Shown here piece after piece: positions 29,735 through 41,033 of a stretch of DNA of 64,000 nucleotides. The notes under the pieces were generated by a model. That model did no database searches. It worked only from the letters and a program-made list of their open reading frames with translations, and had not been told where the DNA came from. Position numbers and translations under genes: made by a program. The stretch lies in assembly GCA_963751275.1 (NCBI GenBank), contig CAVVTZ010000007.1:704001-768000 (forward strand), given 5' to 3'. This DNA is from an uncultured Gemmatimonadaceae bacterium (GTDB lineage Bacteria; Gemmatimonadota; Gemmatimonadetes; Gemmatimonadales; Gemmatimonadaceae). Each line of letters begins with the position of its first letter. Positions within the stretch are counted from its first letter, which is position 1.

Positions 29735-30534
29735 ACCGGAACCGTATCGCCGCGGCACTCACCGCGATCGCCTTCGCCGCCTCTGCCGTCGCCCAGCAGG
29801 CGGATACCGCCAAGCCGAAGGAACCGCTCTTTACGAAGACCGACGCGTGGCTATCCGCCGGTTTCGTCGTGGGCATCGCGGCCGCGATGCCCTTCGACGA
29901 GAAGGTCGCCGCGTGGAGCCAGTCGCCCTCCGTGCAGACGCCCGCGCACCACAACACCGCGACGTTCTTCAACGCCTACGGCGGCTATGGCGTGCTGGTG
30001 ATCTCCCTTGGCACGTACGGCGTCGCCCGGATCGCCGGCTCGAGCCATTTCTCCGAACTCGGCCTCCGCGCGACGGAATCGATCGCGATCAGCGGCGCGA
30101 TCACCGCGGTGGCGAAGGGCATCATCGGCCGGCAGCGACCGTACGTGGATGATCAGGACTCGCACTACTACGTCTTCGGGAAGGGCTTCGGCAACGATGC
30201 GTACGCGTCGATGCCATCCGGGCACACGACCGCCGCATTCGCGTTCGCCGCATCGGTGACCGACGAGACCGCGCACTTCTGGCCGAAGCAGACGTGGTGG
30301 GTGGCGACGCTCACCTACGGCAGCGCGACAGTGGTCGGCGTGGCGCGCATCTACTCGAACGCGCACTGGACCAGCGACGTCATTGGCGGCGCGTTCGTTG
30401 GCACGCTCACGGGGCTCACCGTCAACCGGTGGCACCGCCTGCACCCGAACTCGAAACTCGACAAGTGGCTGCTCCCCAAGTCGATCGCGCCCTCGAAGAG
30501 CGGCGTCGCCATGGCGTGGAGCGCCACCTTCTGA
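29731..30534 (+). CDS. PAP2-family phosphatase
   Basis: KGIIGRQRP, PSGH and ARIYSNAHWTSDV catalytic motifs; N-terminal signal; GTGA overlap. Confidence 0.88.
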   Translation: MNRNRIAAALTAIAFAASAVAQQADTAKPKEPLFTKTDAWLSAGFVVGIAAAMPFDEKVAAWSQSPSVQTPAHHNTATFFNAYGGYGVLVISLGTYGVARIAGSSHFSELGLRATESIAISGAITAVAKGIIGRQRPYVDDQDSHYYVFGKGFGNDAYASMPSGHTTAAFAFAASVTDETAHFWPKQTWWVATLTYGSATVVGVARIYSNAHWTSDVIGGAFVGTLTGLTVNRWHRLHPNSKLDKWLLPKSIAPSKSGVAMAWSATF

Positions 30535-31002
30535 GCAACGCGGAAGCGAAGGTCGCGACGGTCGATGCGTACGTGCTGCGCCGCGTGCGCGGCGAGTGGG
30601 AGACGCTCGTGCTCCGTCGAGCCGGCGGCACGCGCTGCACCGGCGCGTGGGAGGCGGTGCACGGCCACATCGAGGAGGGCGAACGCCCCGAGGAAGCGGC
30701 CATTCGCGAAGTGGCGGAGGAGACCGGCCTCGCCGTGCAGCGACTGTACAACGTGGCGGTCCAGCCGTTCTACCTGCACACCACCGGCGTCGTGACGCTC
30801 GCGGTCGCATTCGCCGCGGTGGTCGATGCGGGCGCCGAACGCGGTGCTCGGCTCCGAGCACGATCGCGCCGAGTGGCTGTCGCTGGACGCCGCGCGCGCG
30901 CGCATGTCGTGGCCGCGGTCGCGCGTCGCGCTGGGTGACGTTGCGATCCTGCTCGCGAGCGGCGATGGCGGCCCGGTGGAAGACGTTCTGCGGGTCCGTT
31001 AG
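30531..31002 (+). CDS. NUDIX hydrolase (NudB-like; frameshift near 30840, start uncertain)
   Basis: GHIEEGERPEEAAIREVAEETGL Nudix box; continues in another frame as EHDRAEWL...VEDVLRVR*. Confidence 0.8.
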
Positions 31003-31011
31003 CGTTATGGC

Positions 31012-32634
31012 ATGACGGAACGCCGCTGGCTGCTCGCGCTGATCGGACTTTTCTCGGTGCTGCTCTTCCTCGAGCTGCCGGGCTCGAAGCTGATCGAACC
31101 TGATGAGGCGCGCTACGCGGAGATCCCGCGCGAGATGCTCGCGGCGGGCGATTGGGTGACGCCGCGGCTCAACGGCACGCGGTACTACGAGAAGCCGCCG
31201 CTGCTGTACTGGGCGAATGCGGTGAGCTTCAAGGCGCTCGGCGAGACGCCTTTCGCGGCGCGGCTGCCGACGCGGCTCGCGGCGCTGGGCACGGCCGCAT
31301 TGATCGCACTGTCGCTCGGCGGCGAGTGGGGGCTCTGGGCGGCGCTCATTCTGCTCTCGGCGCCGCTCTCCTTCGTGCTTGGCCGCTACAACGTGACCGA
31401 CGGCGTGCTCACCTTCGGCATGACGCTCGCGCTCGTCGTCGATGCGCGCCTTCTTCCGCGACGAGCGGCCCATGTGGTCGCTCGCGCTGCTCGGACTGGC
31501 TGCGGGCTCGCGGTGCTCGCGAAAGGATTGATCGGCATCGTTCTGCCGGGGCTGGTGTTCCTGCTCTACATCGGCGTGATGCGCGAGTGGCGGCGGCTCG
31601 GGCGCTTGTTCCTGTCGCCGGCGCCGTTCGTCCTGCTCGCCGTCGCGGCGCCCTGGTTCGTGATGATGGAGCGTCGCAATCCGGGATTCTCGCAGGTGTT
31701 CTTCATCCGCGAGCACTTCGAGCGCTTCGCGACGAACGAGGCGAAACGCGAAGGACCCATCTACTTCTTCGTGCTCGCGTTCATTGGCGGATTCCTGCCG
31801 TGGACGATCCCGTTCGGCGTGTGGCTGTCCAAGGCGCGCCCGCGCTGGAAGACGCCTGACCGCGAATGGCTGCGCGAGCGCGCGGATACGATCCTCTTCG
31901 TGCTCTGGTTCTTCGTGATCGTCGTGTTCTTCTCGATCTCGAAGTCCAAGCTGCTGCCGTACATCCTGCCGGCGTTCCCGGCGGCGGCGGCGCTCACGGC
32001 GCGATTCATCATCGCCGCCGCGCGGCGGCCGCGTCCGCTGTTCATCGGGTACGCGGTGCTCATGTCCGCCCCGTTCGTCGCCGCGCTCGTCATGATGCAC
32101 GGCAAGTTCGCGTCGTTCATCTCCGTTCCCGCGATCGCCGGCACCGCCGCGCTCTGCATCGGCGCCTGGGCGGGCGCGTGGCTCGCCGGCCGCGCGGGAC
32201 GGCCCGCGCTCATGGCGGCCGCGCTCGGATGGGCCGGCCTGTACGCCGGCCTGATCTTCGCATTGCCGGGGCTGTCGCACGATCTCTCCGTGGATGATCT
32301 GGCGCGCCGCGCCGTCGCGGTACCCGGCGCGCGGGTGGTGGCGTATCGCACGTATCCGCAGGGGCTGGCATGGACGCTCAAGGACCAGATCGTCGTCGCG
32401 GATTTCACCGGCGAGCTCGCGTCCGACGGCGCGCGCCCACCCGAGATCTTCTGGAGTGCGGACGATTTCTGGCGCCGCTGGAACGAGGGAGAACCAATGG
32501 CGGTGGTGCTGAAGAAGCGCGCCCTCGCGGACTGGACCAAGCAGGGCCTGCCGGCGCCGACGACGGTCGCGGCTAACCAGACGTATCTTGTAGTGACCAA
32601 CGTGCCCGCCGATTCCCTCCGCCTGCTGCCATGA
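31012..32634 (+). CDS. arnT: ArnT-family L-Ara4N transferase (GT83)
   Basis: [25 protein letters not shown] and [11 protein letters not shown] motifs; heads the arn cluster. Confidence 0.85.
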   Translation: MTERRWLLALIGLFSVLLFLELPGSKLIEPDEARYAEIPREMLAAGDWVTPRLNGTRYYEKPPLLYWANAVSFKALGETPFAARLPTRLAALGTAALIALSLGGEWGLWAALILLSAPLSFVLGRYNVTDGVLTFGMTLALVVDARLLPRRAAHVVARAARTGCGLAVLAKGLIGIVLPGLVFLLYIGVMREWRRLGRLFLSPAPFVLLAVAAPWFVMMERRNPGFSQVFFIREHFERFATNEAKREGPIYFFVLAFIGGFLPWTIPFGVWLSKARPRWKTPDREWLRERADTILFVLWFFVIVVFFSISKSKLLPYILPAFPAAAALTARFIIAAARRPRPLFIGYAVLMSAPFVAALVMMHGKFASFISVPAIAGTAALCIGAWAGAWLAGRAGRPALMAAALGWAGLYAGLIFALPGLSHDLSVDDLARRAVAVPGARVVAYRTYPQGLAWTLKDQIVVADFTGELASDGARPPEIFWSADDFWRRWNEGEPMAVVLKKRALADWTKQGLPAPTTVAANQTYLVVTNVPADSLRLLP

Positions 32635-33820
32635 GTACCGACAAGTCGCTGATCCGCGACACCTTCCTCCCCTTCTCGCGGCCATCGATCGGCGAAGCGG
32701 AGATCGCCGAGCTGGTCGAGTCGCTCCAGTCGGGGTGGATCACGACCGGCCCGAAGGTGGAGAAGTTCTCCGCGATGTTCGCGCGAGTACGTCGGCGGCA
32801 AGCACGCCGCCGCGCTCTCATCGGCCACCGCCGGACTGCATCTCGCGCTGCTCGCGCACGGCGTCGGCCCCGGCGACGAGGTGATCACTACGCCGCTGAC
32901 CTTCGCGGCCACGGTGAACATGATCGCGTTGGTCGGTGCGACCCCGGTCCTGGCCGACATCGACCGGCGCACGCTGCAGGTGCGCGTCGCCGAGATCGAG
33001 AAGAAGATCACGAAGCGCACCAAGGCCATCATTGTCGTGCACTACGTGGGCGACGCCGCCGATCTCGAACCCGATCATGGAGCTCGCGCGACGGCACAAG
33101 CTCGTGGTGATCGAGGACGCCGCGCACGCCGCCGGCACTGAGTACAAGGGGAAGAAGATCGGTTCCTTCGATACCACGTCGATCTTCTCCTTCCATCCGA
33201 ACAAGAACATCACGACCGGCGAAGGCGGGATGATCATCACGCCCAGCGAGGAGATCTTCGAGAAGGTCTGCCTCCTGCCGCTTCCACGGCATGGACCGCA
33301 ACGCGTGGAAGCGTTTCGCGAAGGCGGGTTCGCCGCGCTACGACATCGCGATGCCCGGCTACAAGTACAACATGATGGACATCCAGGCGGCGCTCGGGAT
33401 CCACCAGCTCCCGCGCCTCGACAGTTTCATCGAGGCGCGGCACGCGTCTTGCGGAGCGCTACAACGCAGGCGTTCGCCGGACTCGATGCGCTCATCCTGC
33501 CGACCCCGACGCCGTACGCCACACGCCATGCTTGGCACCTCTACACGCCGCTCGTGAACCTCGACGCCCTCACGATCGACCGCGACCGGTTCATGCAGGA
33601 ACTCAAGGAGCGCAACATCGGCGTCGGCCTCCACTACACCGCGGTGCACGAGTTCTCCTATTACCGCGACCACTTCGGCTGGAAGCCCACGGATTTCCCC
33701 GAGGCGCACTTCGTGTCCGAGCGCATCATGTCGCTCCCGCTCTTCCCGATGCTCACCGACGACGATCAGGACGACGCGATCGCCGCCGTGCGCGATGTCG
33801 CCGCGAGGTTCGCCAAGTGA
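32631..33820 (+). CDS. arnB: UDP-Ara4N aminotransferase, DegT/DnrJ family (several frameshifts)
   Basis: [40 protein letters not shown] and PGYKYNMMD. Confidence 0.85.
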
Positions 33821-34776
33821 GCGTGCCGTCGAAGGGGATGGTCTCGGTGGTCATCCCCGTGTTCAACGAGGAGGCCACGCTCCCCACGCTCTTCGCGCGC
33901 CTCTATCCCGCGCTCGATGCGCTCCGCCGCCCCTACGAGATCATCCTCGTGGATGACGGAAGCCGCGACACGTCGATCGACCTCCTCCGCGCCGAGTCGG
34001 CGAAGTTCCCCGATCGCGTCGTGATCGTGGAACTCTCGCGCAACTTCGGCCAGCATCCCGCCATCCTCGCCGGATTCTCCATCGCGCGCGGCGACGCGAT
34101 CGTCACGCTCGACGCCGATCTCCAGAACCCGCCCGAGGAGATCGCCAAGCTGCTCGCCAAGATGGACGAAGGCTTCGATGTCGTCGGCGGCGTGCGGCAG
34201 CAGCGCCAGGACACGCTCTTCCGCCGCGCCGCGTCGTCGATGGTGAACCGCGTAACGGTCGCGATCACCGGCATCAAGATGACGGATTACGGCTGCATGC
34301 TGCGCGCCTACTCGCGCGAGGTGATCGAACTCATCAACCGCAGCGAAGAGCACTCCACCTTCATCCCCGCGCTCGCGCAGAGCATCGCGCGCCATCCCGC
34401 CGAGGTGCCGGTCGCGCACGCCGAACGCTCGGCGGGCGAATCGAAGTACTCGCTGTATCGTTTGATCCGCTTGAACTTCGATCTGATGACCGGCTTCTCG
34501 GTCGTGCCGCTGCAGCTCTTCACCCTATTCGGCTTCATCACCGCGAGCGGCGGCGTCCTCTTCGGCGTCTATCTGCTGGTCCGGCGATTCATCCTCCTGC
34601 GCGCGTCGGAGGCCGACGGCGTGTTCACGCTCTTCGCGCTCGCCTTCGTCTTGATGGGCGTGCTGATGGCCGGCGTCGGCATCGTCGGCGAATACGTGGG
34701 CCGGATCTACCAGGAAGTGCGCGGGCGGCCGCGCTATCTCATTCGTCACGTGTACGGCGGGCGGCAGGACACATGA
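33817..34776 (+). CDS. arnC: Undecaprenyl-phosphate Ara4FN transferase (GT2)
   Basis: SVVIPVFNEE, DDGSRD, RNFGQH, DADLQNPPEEI, DYGCMLRAY and GEYVGRIY. Confidence 0.88.
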   Translation: MSVPSKGMVSVVIPVFNEEATLPTLFARLYPALDALRRPYEIILVDDGSRDTSIDLLRAESAKFPDRVVIVELSRNFGQHPAILAGFSIARGDAIVTLDADLQNPPEEIAKLLAKMDEGFDVVGGVRQQRQDTLFRRAASSMVNRVTVAITGIKMTDYGCMLRAYSREVIELINRSEEHSTFIPALAQSIARHPAEVPVAHAERSAGESKYSLYRLIRLNFDLMTGFSVVPLQLFTLFGFITASGGVLFGVYLLVRRFILLRASEADGVFTLFALAFVLMGVLMAGVGIVGEYVGRIYQEVRGRPRYLIRHVYGGRQDT

Positions 34777-36759
34777 CGTCGAAACCGCGCATCGTCGTCT
34801 TCGCCTACTCGGATGTCGGCTTCGCCTGCCTCTCGCTGCTCCTCGAGCGCGGCGCGAACGTCGTGGCCGTGTATTCGCACAAGGATGCACCCGGCGAGAC
34901 GCTCTGGTTCCCCTCCGTCGCCGATCTCGCGCGCAAGAAGGGCATCCCGCTGCATCTGAATGCGGATTTCAAGTCCGAGAACGACATCGAGGTCTTCGAG
35001 GCGCTCAAACCCGACCTGCTGCTCTCGTTCTACTATCGCGATCTCATTCCGGCCGCGGCATTCGAGCAGGCGAAGCTCGGCGCGTACAACATGCACGGTT
35101 CGCTGCTGCCGAAGTATCGCGGCCGCGCGCCGGTGAATTGGGCCGTCGCGCTCGGCGAGAAGGAGACCGGCGCCACGCTGCACGTGATGACCGCGCTGGC
35201 CGACGCCGGTGACATCGTGGACCAGGAACCCGTGCCGATCGGCCCCGACGATCTCGCCGCCGAGGTGCAGGCGCACGTGCGCGACGCCGCGGTGAAAGTA
35301 TTGGCGCGGCAGCTCGACGCGATCTACGCCGGCACGGCGCCACGGAAGCCGCAGGACAAGTCCGCCGCGACGAAGTTCGGCCGGCGACGCCCGGAAGATG
35401 GCGAGATCGACTGGACGCGCCCGGCGGCCGATATTCACAATCTCGTGCGCGCGGTCTCGCATCCGTATCCCGGCGCCTACACCGCCGTCGGCGGAGCGAC
35501 GCTCAAGATCTGGCGCACGCAGCGCGTGGATGGCGCGCCCGCCGTGCCGCGCCCCGAGCCGGGTACCTTTCGCATCGATGGTGAGCATGTCTTCGCCGCC
35601 GGCTCCGACGGCCGGTGGATCGAGATCGTGACCGCGCAGGTGAACGACGAACCCGAACTCCAGGGCGCCGCGCTCGCGCAGCGCCTCGCAGTGCTAACGG
35701 CTAACCACAGGGTAGGTGCGGTATGCGGGTCCTCATCCTCGGCGTCAACGGATTCATCGGCAACGCGCTCACCGCGCGCATCCTCAAGACGACCGACTGG
35801 GAGGTCTACGGGCTCGACATGAGCTCGGACAAGATCGAGCCCTTCCTGGGCGACAAGCGCGTTCCACTTCCTCGAGGGCGACATCGCGATCAACAAGGAG
35901 TGGATCGAGTACCACATCAAGAAGTGCGATGTGGTGCTGCCGCTCGTCGCGATCGCGACGCCGGCGACGTACGTGTCGAACCCGCTCGCGGTGTTCGAGC
36001 TCGACTTCGAGGAGAATCTGCGCATCGTCAAGCAGTGCGCGCGCTACGGGAAGCGCGTCGTCTTCCCGACCACGAGCGAGGTGTACGGCATGTGCCCCGA
36101 CGCCGAGTTCGACGAGGAGACGTCGCACGCTCGTGTACGGGCCGATCAACAAGCAGCGCTGGATCTACTCCACGAGCAAGCAGCTGCTCGACCGCGTGAT
36201 CTACGCGCTCGGCATGCAGCAGGGCCTCAAGTTCACGCTGTTCCGTCCCTTCAACTGGATCGGACCGCACCTCGACAACGTCGACTCGCCGAAGGAAGGC
36301 AGCTCGCGCGTGCTCACGCAGTTCCTGCACAACATCCTGTACGGCGAGCCGATCAAGCTCGTGGACGGCGGCGCGCAGCGGCGCTCGTTCACGTACATCG
36401 ACGACGGCATCGACGCGCTGATGAAGATCCTCGAGAACAAGGACGGCTGCGCCGACGGCGGGATCTTCAACATCGGCAATCCGGCGAACGATCTGTCGAT
36501 CAGGGAGCTCGCCGAGCGGCTGGTGAAGGCGGTGGGCAAGTATCCGGCGTTCGCGGACGCGGCGAAGAAGGCGAAGATCATCACCGTCACGAACCAGAAG
36601 TACTACGGCAAGGGCTACCAGGACATCATGACGCGCGTGCCGTCGATCAAGCGGGCGAAGGAGAAGCTCGGCTGGTCGCCGAAGGTGGATTTCGATGAGG
36701 CGATCCGGCGCACGCTCGACTTCTACCTGAAGGGACGCGAGCGTCCCCCGGCGCCGTGA
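34773..36759 (+). CDS. arnA: ArnA: formyltransferase domain (34773-~35720) plus UDP-GlcA decarboxylase domain (35723-36759, frameshifted)
   Basis: [14 protein letters not shown] and [16 protein letters not shown]; then [34 protein letters not shown] and FRPFNWIGP. Confidence 0.88.
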
Positions 36760-37674
36760 CGGCGGGAGCGCGCCGCGTCGCGCTCAAGGTGGACTGCGAT
36801 ACGTATCTCGGGACGCGCGATGGATTGCCGAATCTCCTGAGATTGTTCGACCGCTTCAAGATCCGCGCGAGTTTCTATTTCACCCTGGGCCCCGACCGGT
36901 CGGGGCGCGCGATCGCGCGCGTGTTCACGCGGAAGGGATTCCTGAAGAAGATGCTGCGGTCCAAGGCCGCGGCGATGTACCCCAAGCGCACGATGATGTA
37001 CGGCACGCTGCTGCCGGCGCCGATGATCGGGCAGAAGCTCGCGAGCGTGATCCGTTCCGTGGGCGACGCGGGGCACGAGGTGGGCGTGCACGGCTGGGAC
37101 CACATCAAGTGGCATGACCGTGTGGTGCGCATGCCGGAGGAGGAGATCGCCGTAGAGTACGGCGCCGCGCACCGGGAATTCGAGAGGATCTTCGGCCGGC
37201 GCGCGCGCGCATCGGCGGCGTCCGGGCTGGCAGGCGTCGCCGGGCACGCTCGCGGTGCAGGACCGTTTCGGGATCGTGTACGCGTCGAACACGCGGCTCG
37301 GCACGCCCTTCTTTCCCGAGTGGCACGGCCGGCAGTTCCTGGCGCTTGAGATCCCGACCACGTTGCCGACGTGGGACGAGACCTACAACGCGCCGGAATT
37401 CGCGAACGACGACGCGTTCATTTCGTATTACACGAAGGCGGTGCAGGGCACCGAGGTCCATTCGATCCACACTGAGGTCGAGGCGACGGCTCTATTGCCG
37501 TTGTTCGAGCGCCAGCTCGACGCATGGAAGGCCGATGGCGTGGGCTTCGTGACGATGGAGGAGATCGCGCGCGAGACGCTCGCGCATCGTGAGAACGTCC
37601 CGGTCCGCCACCTCACTCGAATCTCCCTCCCCGGCCGCGCCGGCGAAGTGAGTGGGAGCAGCGCCACATTGTAG
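36756..37674 (+). CDS. arnD: Ara4FN deformylase, polysaccharide deacetylase family (frameshift near 37220)
   Basis: ALKVDCDTYLGTRDG, GPDRSGRA, HEVGVHGWDH, IPTTLPTWDE and HTEVE. Confidence 0.85.
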
Positions 37675-37710
37675 TCGGGGTACCATACGCTAGACCCCAG
37701 ACGCGCCCCT

Positions 37711-38133
37711 TCAGTTGTTGGAAGAGCTGCACCGAGCCATGATCGTGTGTGCCGCCGCCATGACGCCATCCAATGCGGGGATCTCCTGCGTTTCCGCTCC
37801 AATGCGCGTCCAGTGCAACGAGAAGCTGCTCGCCGTCACGTGCAGCGATGACGCGCCCTCGTTGCTCTCCGAATTCGCGCCGCTCGCCGTGATCTTGTCC
37901 AGGCGCCCGTCCTCGTAGGGCGCCAGCACGGAATCCTTGTGGGTCGCCTCGATCTGCGTGCCGTTGTTCACGGTCACCGGCTTGTAGCCGAGTGAATCCG
38001 CGGTGCTCGCGACGCACATGAGCGTCGCCCCCAGCGGCTGCGGGCTGACCCCATTCAGGTCGAGATTCATCGGCGCCCCGCACGCAGCAACGATCACCAC
38101 GCCCGCGATGGCCCAACTCCGTGGAGAGATCAC
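37711..38133 (-). CDS. Hypothetical lipoprotein
   Basis: 140 aa with a lipobox-like signal (VIVAAC). Confidence 0.55.
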   Translation of the reverse strand: MISPRSWAIAGVVIVAACGAPMNLDLNGVSPQPLGATLMCVASTADSLGYKPVTVNNGTQIEATHKDSVLAPYEDGRLDKITASGANSESNEGASSLHVTASSFSLHWTRIGAETQEIPALDGVMAAAHTIMARCSSSNN

Positions 38134-38201
38134 GGGACTAAGCTAGCATCGTGTGGGCATCCGCGGCGATTGGCGATCATCGAGATCGTGCGGGGATCAC
38201 T

Positions 38202-38407
38202 ACAACGGCTTCCACGCGGATCACGCGGATTCCGCGGATCACGCGGAAGGCGCCGAGGGCATTCAAAGCGCCGAGCTCAACGTCAAGCCTCTGTATTTGT
38301 TGTTAACAACAAATGCAAAGCGCTGATGCCGCGAGCGGATCCCATTCGCCTCGGAGGACGATCCGCGTGTTCCGCGGATTCCGCGCAATCCGCGTACAAG
38401 CCGTTGT
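38202..38407. repeat. Family 1 element with a perfect 20-bp central palindrome ATTTGTTGTTAACAACAAAT
   Basis: Termini acaacggctt ... aagccgttgt; 9-bp CGCGGA units in both arms; palindrome at 38295-38314. Confidence 0.92.
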
Positions 38408-38423
38408 CGTTCAGGATTCGGTC

Positions 38424-39264
38424 TTACTTGGGCTTCTTAGCCTGCGCGCTGCTGTGGATCTCCGGGTGCGGCGGGGCGTTGGGCTTGATCCGCACACTCT
38501 TGGCCGGGATGCCGACGTTCACGTGGAAGGGGCGCACGTCCTTCGTGGCGAGCGCCATCGCGCCGACCATGCCGTTGGTCCCGACGGTCGACGCCGGCGA
38601 GCACGGTGGCGTGGTAGGTGATGCGCACGTCGTCCTCGAGCGTCGTGACGGCGTCGGTCACGTCCTTCTGATCCACGATCGAGTGCGTATGGCTGTAGAT
38701 GTTCGCGTAGTCCGACACGCTCACGCGGTTCCCGAGCACCAGCCCGCCGCGGTCGTCGAGCAGGACGTGGCGGTGGATCACCACGTCGTCGCCCACCTCG
38801 ATGTTGTAGCCGAAGGAGAACTCCACGTTCTGGAAGGCTTTGAAATTCCGGCCGCAGCGCTTGAATATGTGCGGAGCGAGGATGCCCCGGAACCGGACCG
38901 CGACGTCCACGTTCTGCCCCGCGATCGCCGTGCGGTCGAAGCTGTACCAGAGCCACAACAGCGGCTTCACCTTCTGGAATTTCTCGTCATCGCACTCGGC
39001 GTAGTACTCGGGCTCGAGCGTGATGTGGCGCGGGTCGAGCGAGATGAGCGCGGCCCGCGTGGCCATGGGCAGCATCTTGTCCTGGACCGCGGTGTCGTAG
39101 TTGGCCGCGAACTGCGGATACACCAGGTCCACGAGCGTGCGGCGGCAGATCGCGACGCGGTCGGCGGCGGGATCGGCGAGCTGATGCTCGAGCCCGTCCA
39201 GCCAGCTGTCGAACACGTCGTGCGCGGGGCGGGGCGGGAGCGGGCGGAGGGGGCGCAGGACCAT
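38424..39264 (-). CDS. Left-handed beta-helix (hexapeptide repeat) acyltransferase (frameshift near 38590)
   Basis: FSFGYNIEVGDDVVIH..LGNRVSVSDYANIYSH..LEDDVRITYHATVLAGV; after the shift GIPAKSVRIK...KKPK* ending at 38424. Confidence 0.8.
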
Positions 39265-39297
39265 GGCGGGGCTCCGGAGGGGTAGAGGTCGCTGGGG

Positions 39298-41032
39298 TCA
39301 CAAGAAGATAATCCCCCCCGTACGTTCGCCGCACTTCGTCAGCGGCGCCGCCGCCCACCGGACGCAGGTCTTCCCGGGCGCCGAATCGGAACGAGCCGCG
39401 AACGCGAGATCGCGATGACCCGACTGCCGAATCACCGAGGACGAAGAAGACCTTGGCGCGTTCGCGATATACGCTGTTCGTGCCGCAGACGGGCAGCGCC
39501 GCGCCCGAGACCAACCGAACGGCGACGTTCATGGTGTCCAGCGCGAGCCGCGGCTGCGAGGCACTGAGCATCCCGTCGCTCAGCATGACAAGAGCGTGTG
39601 CCGCGACGAATCGCCGCCGCACTGAATCCTGCTGACGAGTGTAGTAGAGATCGCGGCTGACCCGCGGCTCGGCGAGCACTTCACGCACGAGCGCGTCGAG
39701 TTGCCGATGGGCTCGTCGTGCGCGTGACGGGGTCGGTCAGGAACGATGCTTGGAAGAGAAAGATCCCTGGCGCAGGCAGGGTCTCGTATCGCGACGCCCA
39801 TCGCCCGATGGCAACGCTGTCCTTCGCCGTGATCGCCATTCCGAGTCCGAGCTCCGCGATCAACTCGCGCGCGTCGGAGCGAGTGCGCCCACGCTTCCTC
39901 GAATCGCGGCAGCACCGCTCGCGCGGAATCCGCACTCGGGACGTGCTCATCCCAAGCGATCATCACGAGCGAGCGCGGATCCGACGGATACGACTCGAGC
40001 AGCTGCGCACGCCACCGCGCCGCTGCTGCGGAATCCTCGATCATCGCGGCGAACCGCGCCATCGCACTCATCTCCGCGGCTGAGACCGAAGGCCGCACCG
40101 CGAGCGCCTTTTCGAGCGCGGCGAACCGGCGTTCGCGCGCGCTGAACACGCTCAGCCAATGTGGAATGCGCGACGAGCCTTCTGTGCTCACCCGCGCCGC
40201 CCAGCTCTGCGCGCTGTCCGGATAGATCGCCACGAGACTGTCGGCTGCTGCGAGCGCGCGCCCGCTCGTTCCGGGGATGCAGCACGCGACCGTTCGGCGC
40301 ATCACGCGTGCGAGCAGTCCATCGAACGATGGCCGGCCGTTCGGCGCGGCGGCGACGAGGTCGAATAGTCCGCGATGGTCGGTGTCGATCTGCGAGCCAC
40401 CGGCGTTCTCGACGATGAGCAGCGCGTAGGCCGCGGAGTCGGGGAACTGCATCGTGCCACCGAACGACCCATCGGCGTTCTTGGTGAGCGCCGCGACGAC
40501 AATGCCACGCGGCGCGAAGAAATCGGACGCATCGCTCGAGAGATAGGAGGAGTAGAATCGCGCGCGCACGTGCAGGGACCCCTCGTCGGCGAGCCGGGCA
40601 TCCGGTCGATAGTGGATCGCGACCGTCGCGCCGGGGCGGGGAAACGCGGGCGAGAACGTGAGCGCGGCTCGATCGGCGGCGGCCGCATGTCGGGCGAGCG
40701 GTTGCGCGACGATCCCCACACCGGCAATGACGAGCACCGCTGCCGACACGGCAATCGACCGGCGGCCCCGCGCTGCCGGGCTTACGGCATCTACCGGCAG
40801 GATCACCCGCTCGCCGCCGCCACGCCGCTCCGCGAATGCGCTCCCACACGCCGCCGCGCATCGTCGGCGCCGATGCATTCCGCGCCAATGCACCGAGCTC
40901 CCGGATCGCCGCCACCACGCCGCGGCACTCCACGCACGATTCCAAATGCGCCGCCACACGCTTCGCCCGCAGTCCCGTCAGTTCGCCGTCCGCATACCGC
41001 GACAGCGCGCGTTCGCTCGGATGAAAGATCAT
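39298..41032 (-). CDS. zf-HC2 anti-sigma factor with TM segment and large extracytoplasmic domain (multiple frameshifts, 3' end uncertain)
   Basis: HP...LSRYADGEL...VAAHLESCVEC N-terminus; TM VSAAVLVIAGVGIV in the next frame; directly follows the ECF sigma. Confidence 0.6.
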
Positions 41033-41033
41033 G

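Noticed and set aside
38170..38621. ORFs crossing family 1 elements (for example 38170..39285, 38313..38621, 20565..20873) as encoded peptides
   Set aside because: The 9-bp periodicity keeps frames open by itself; no RBS or consistent start and stop positions among copies.
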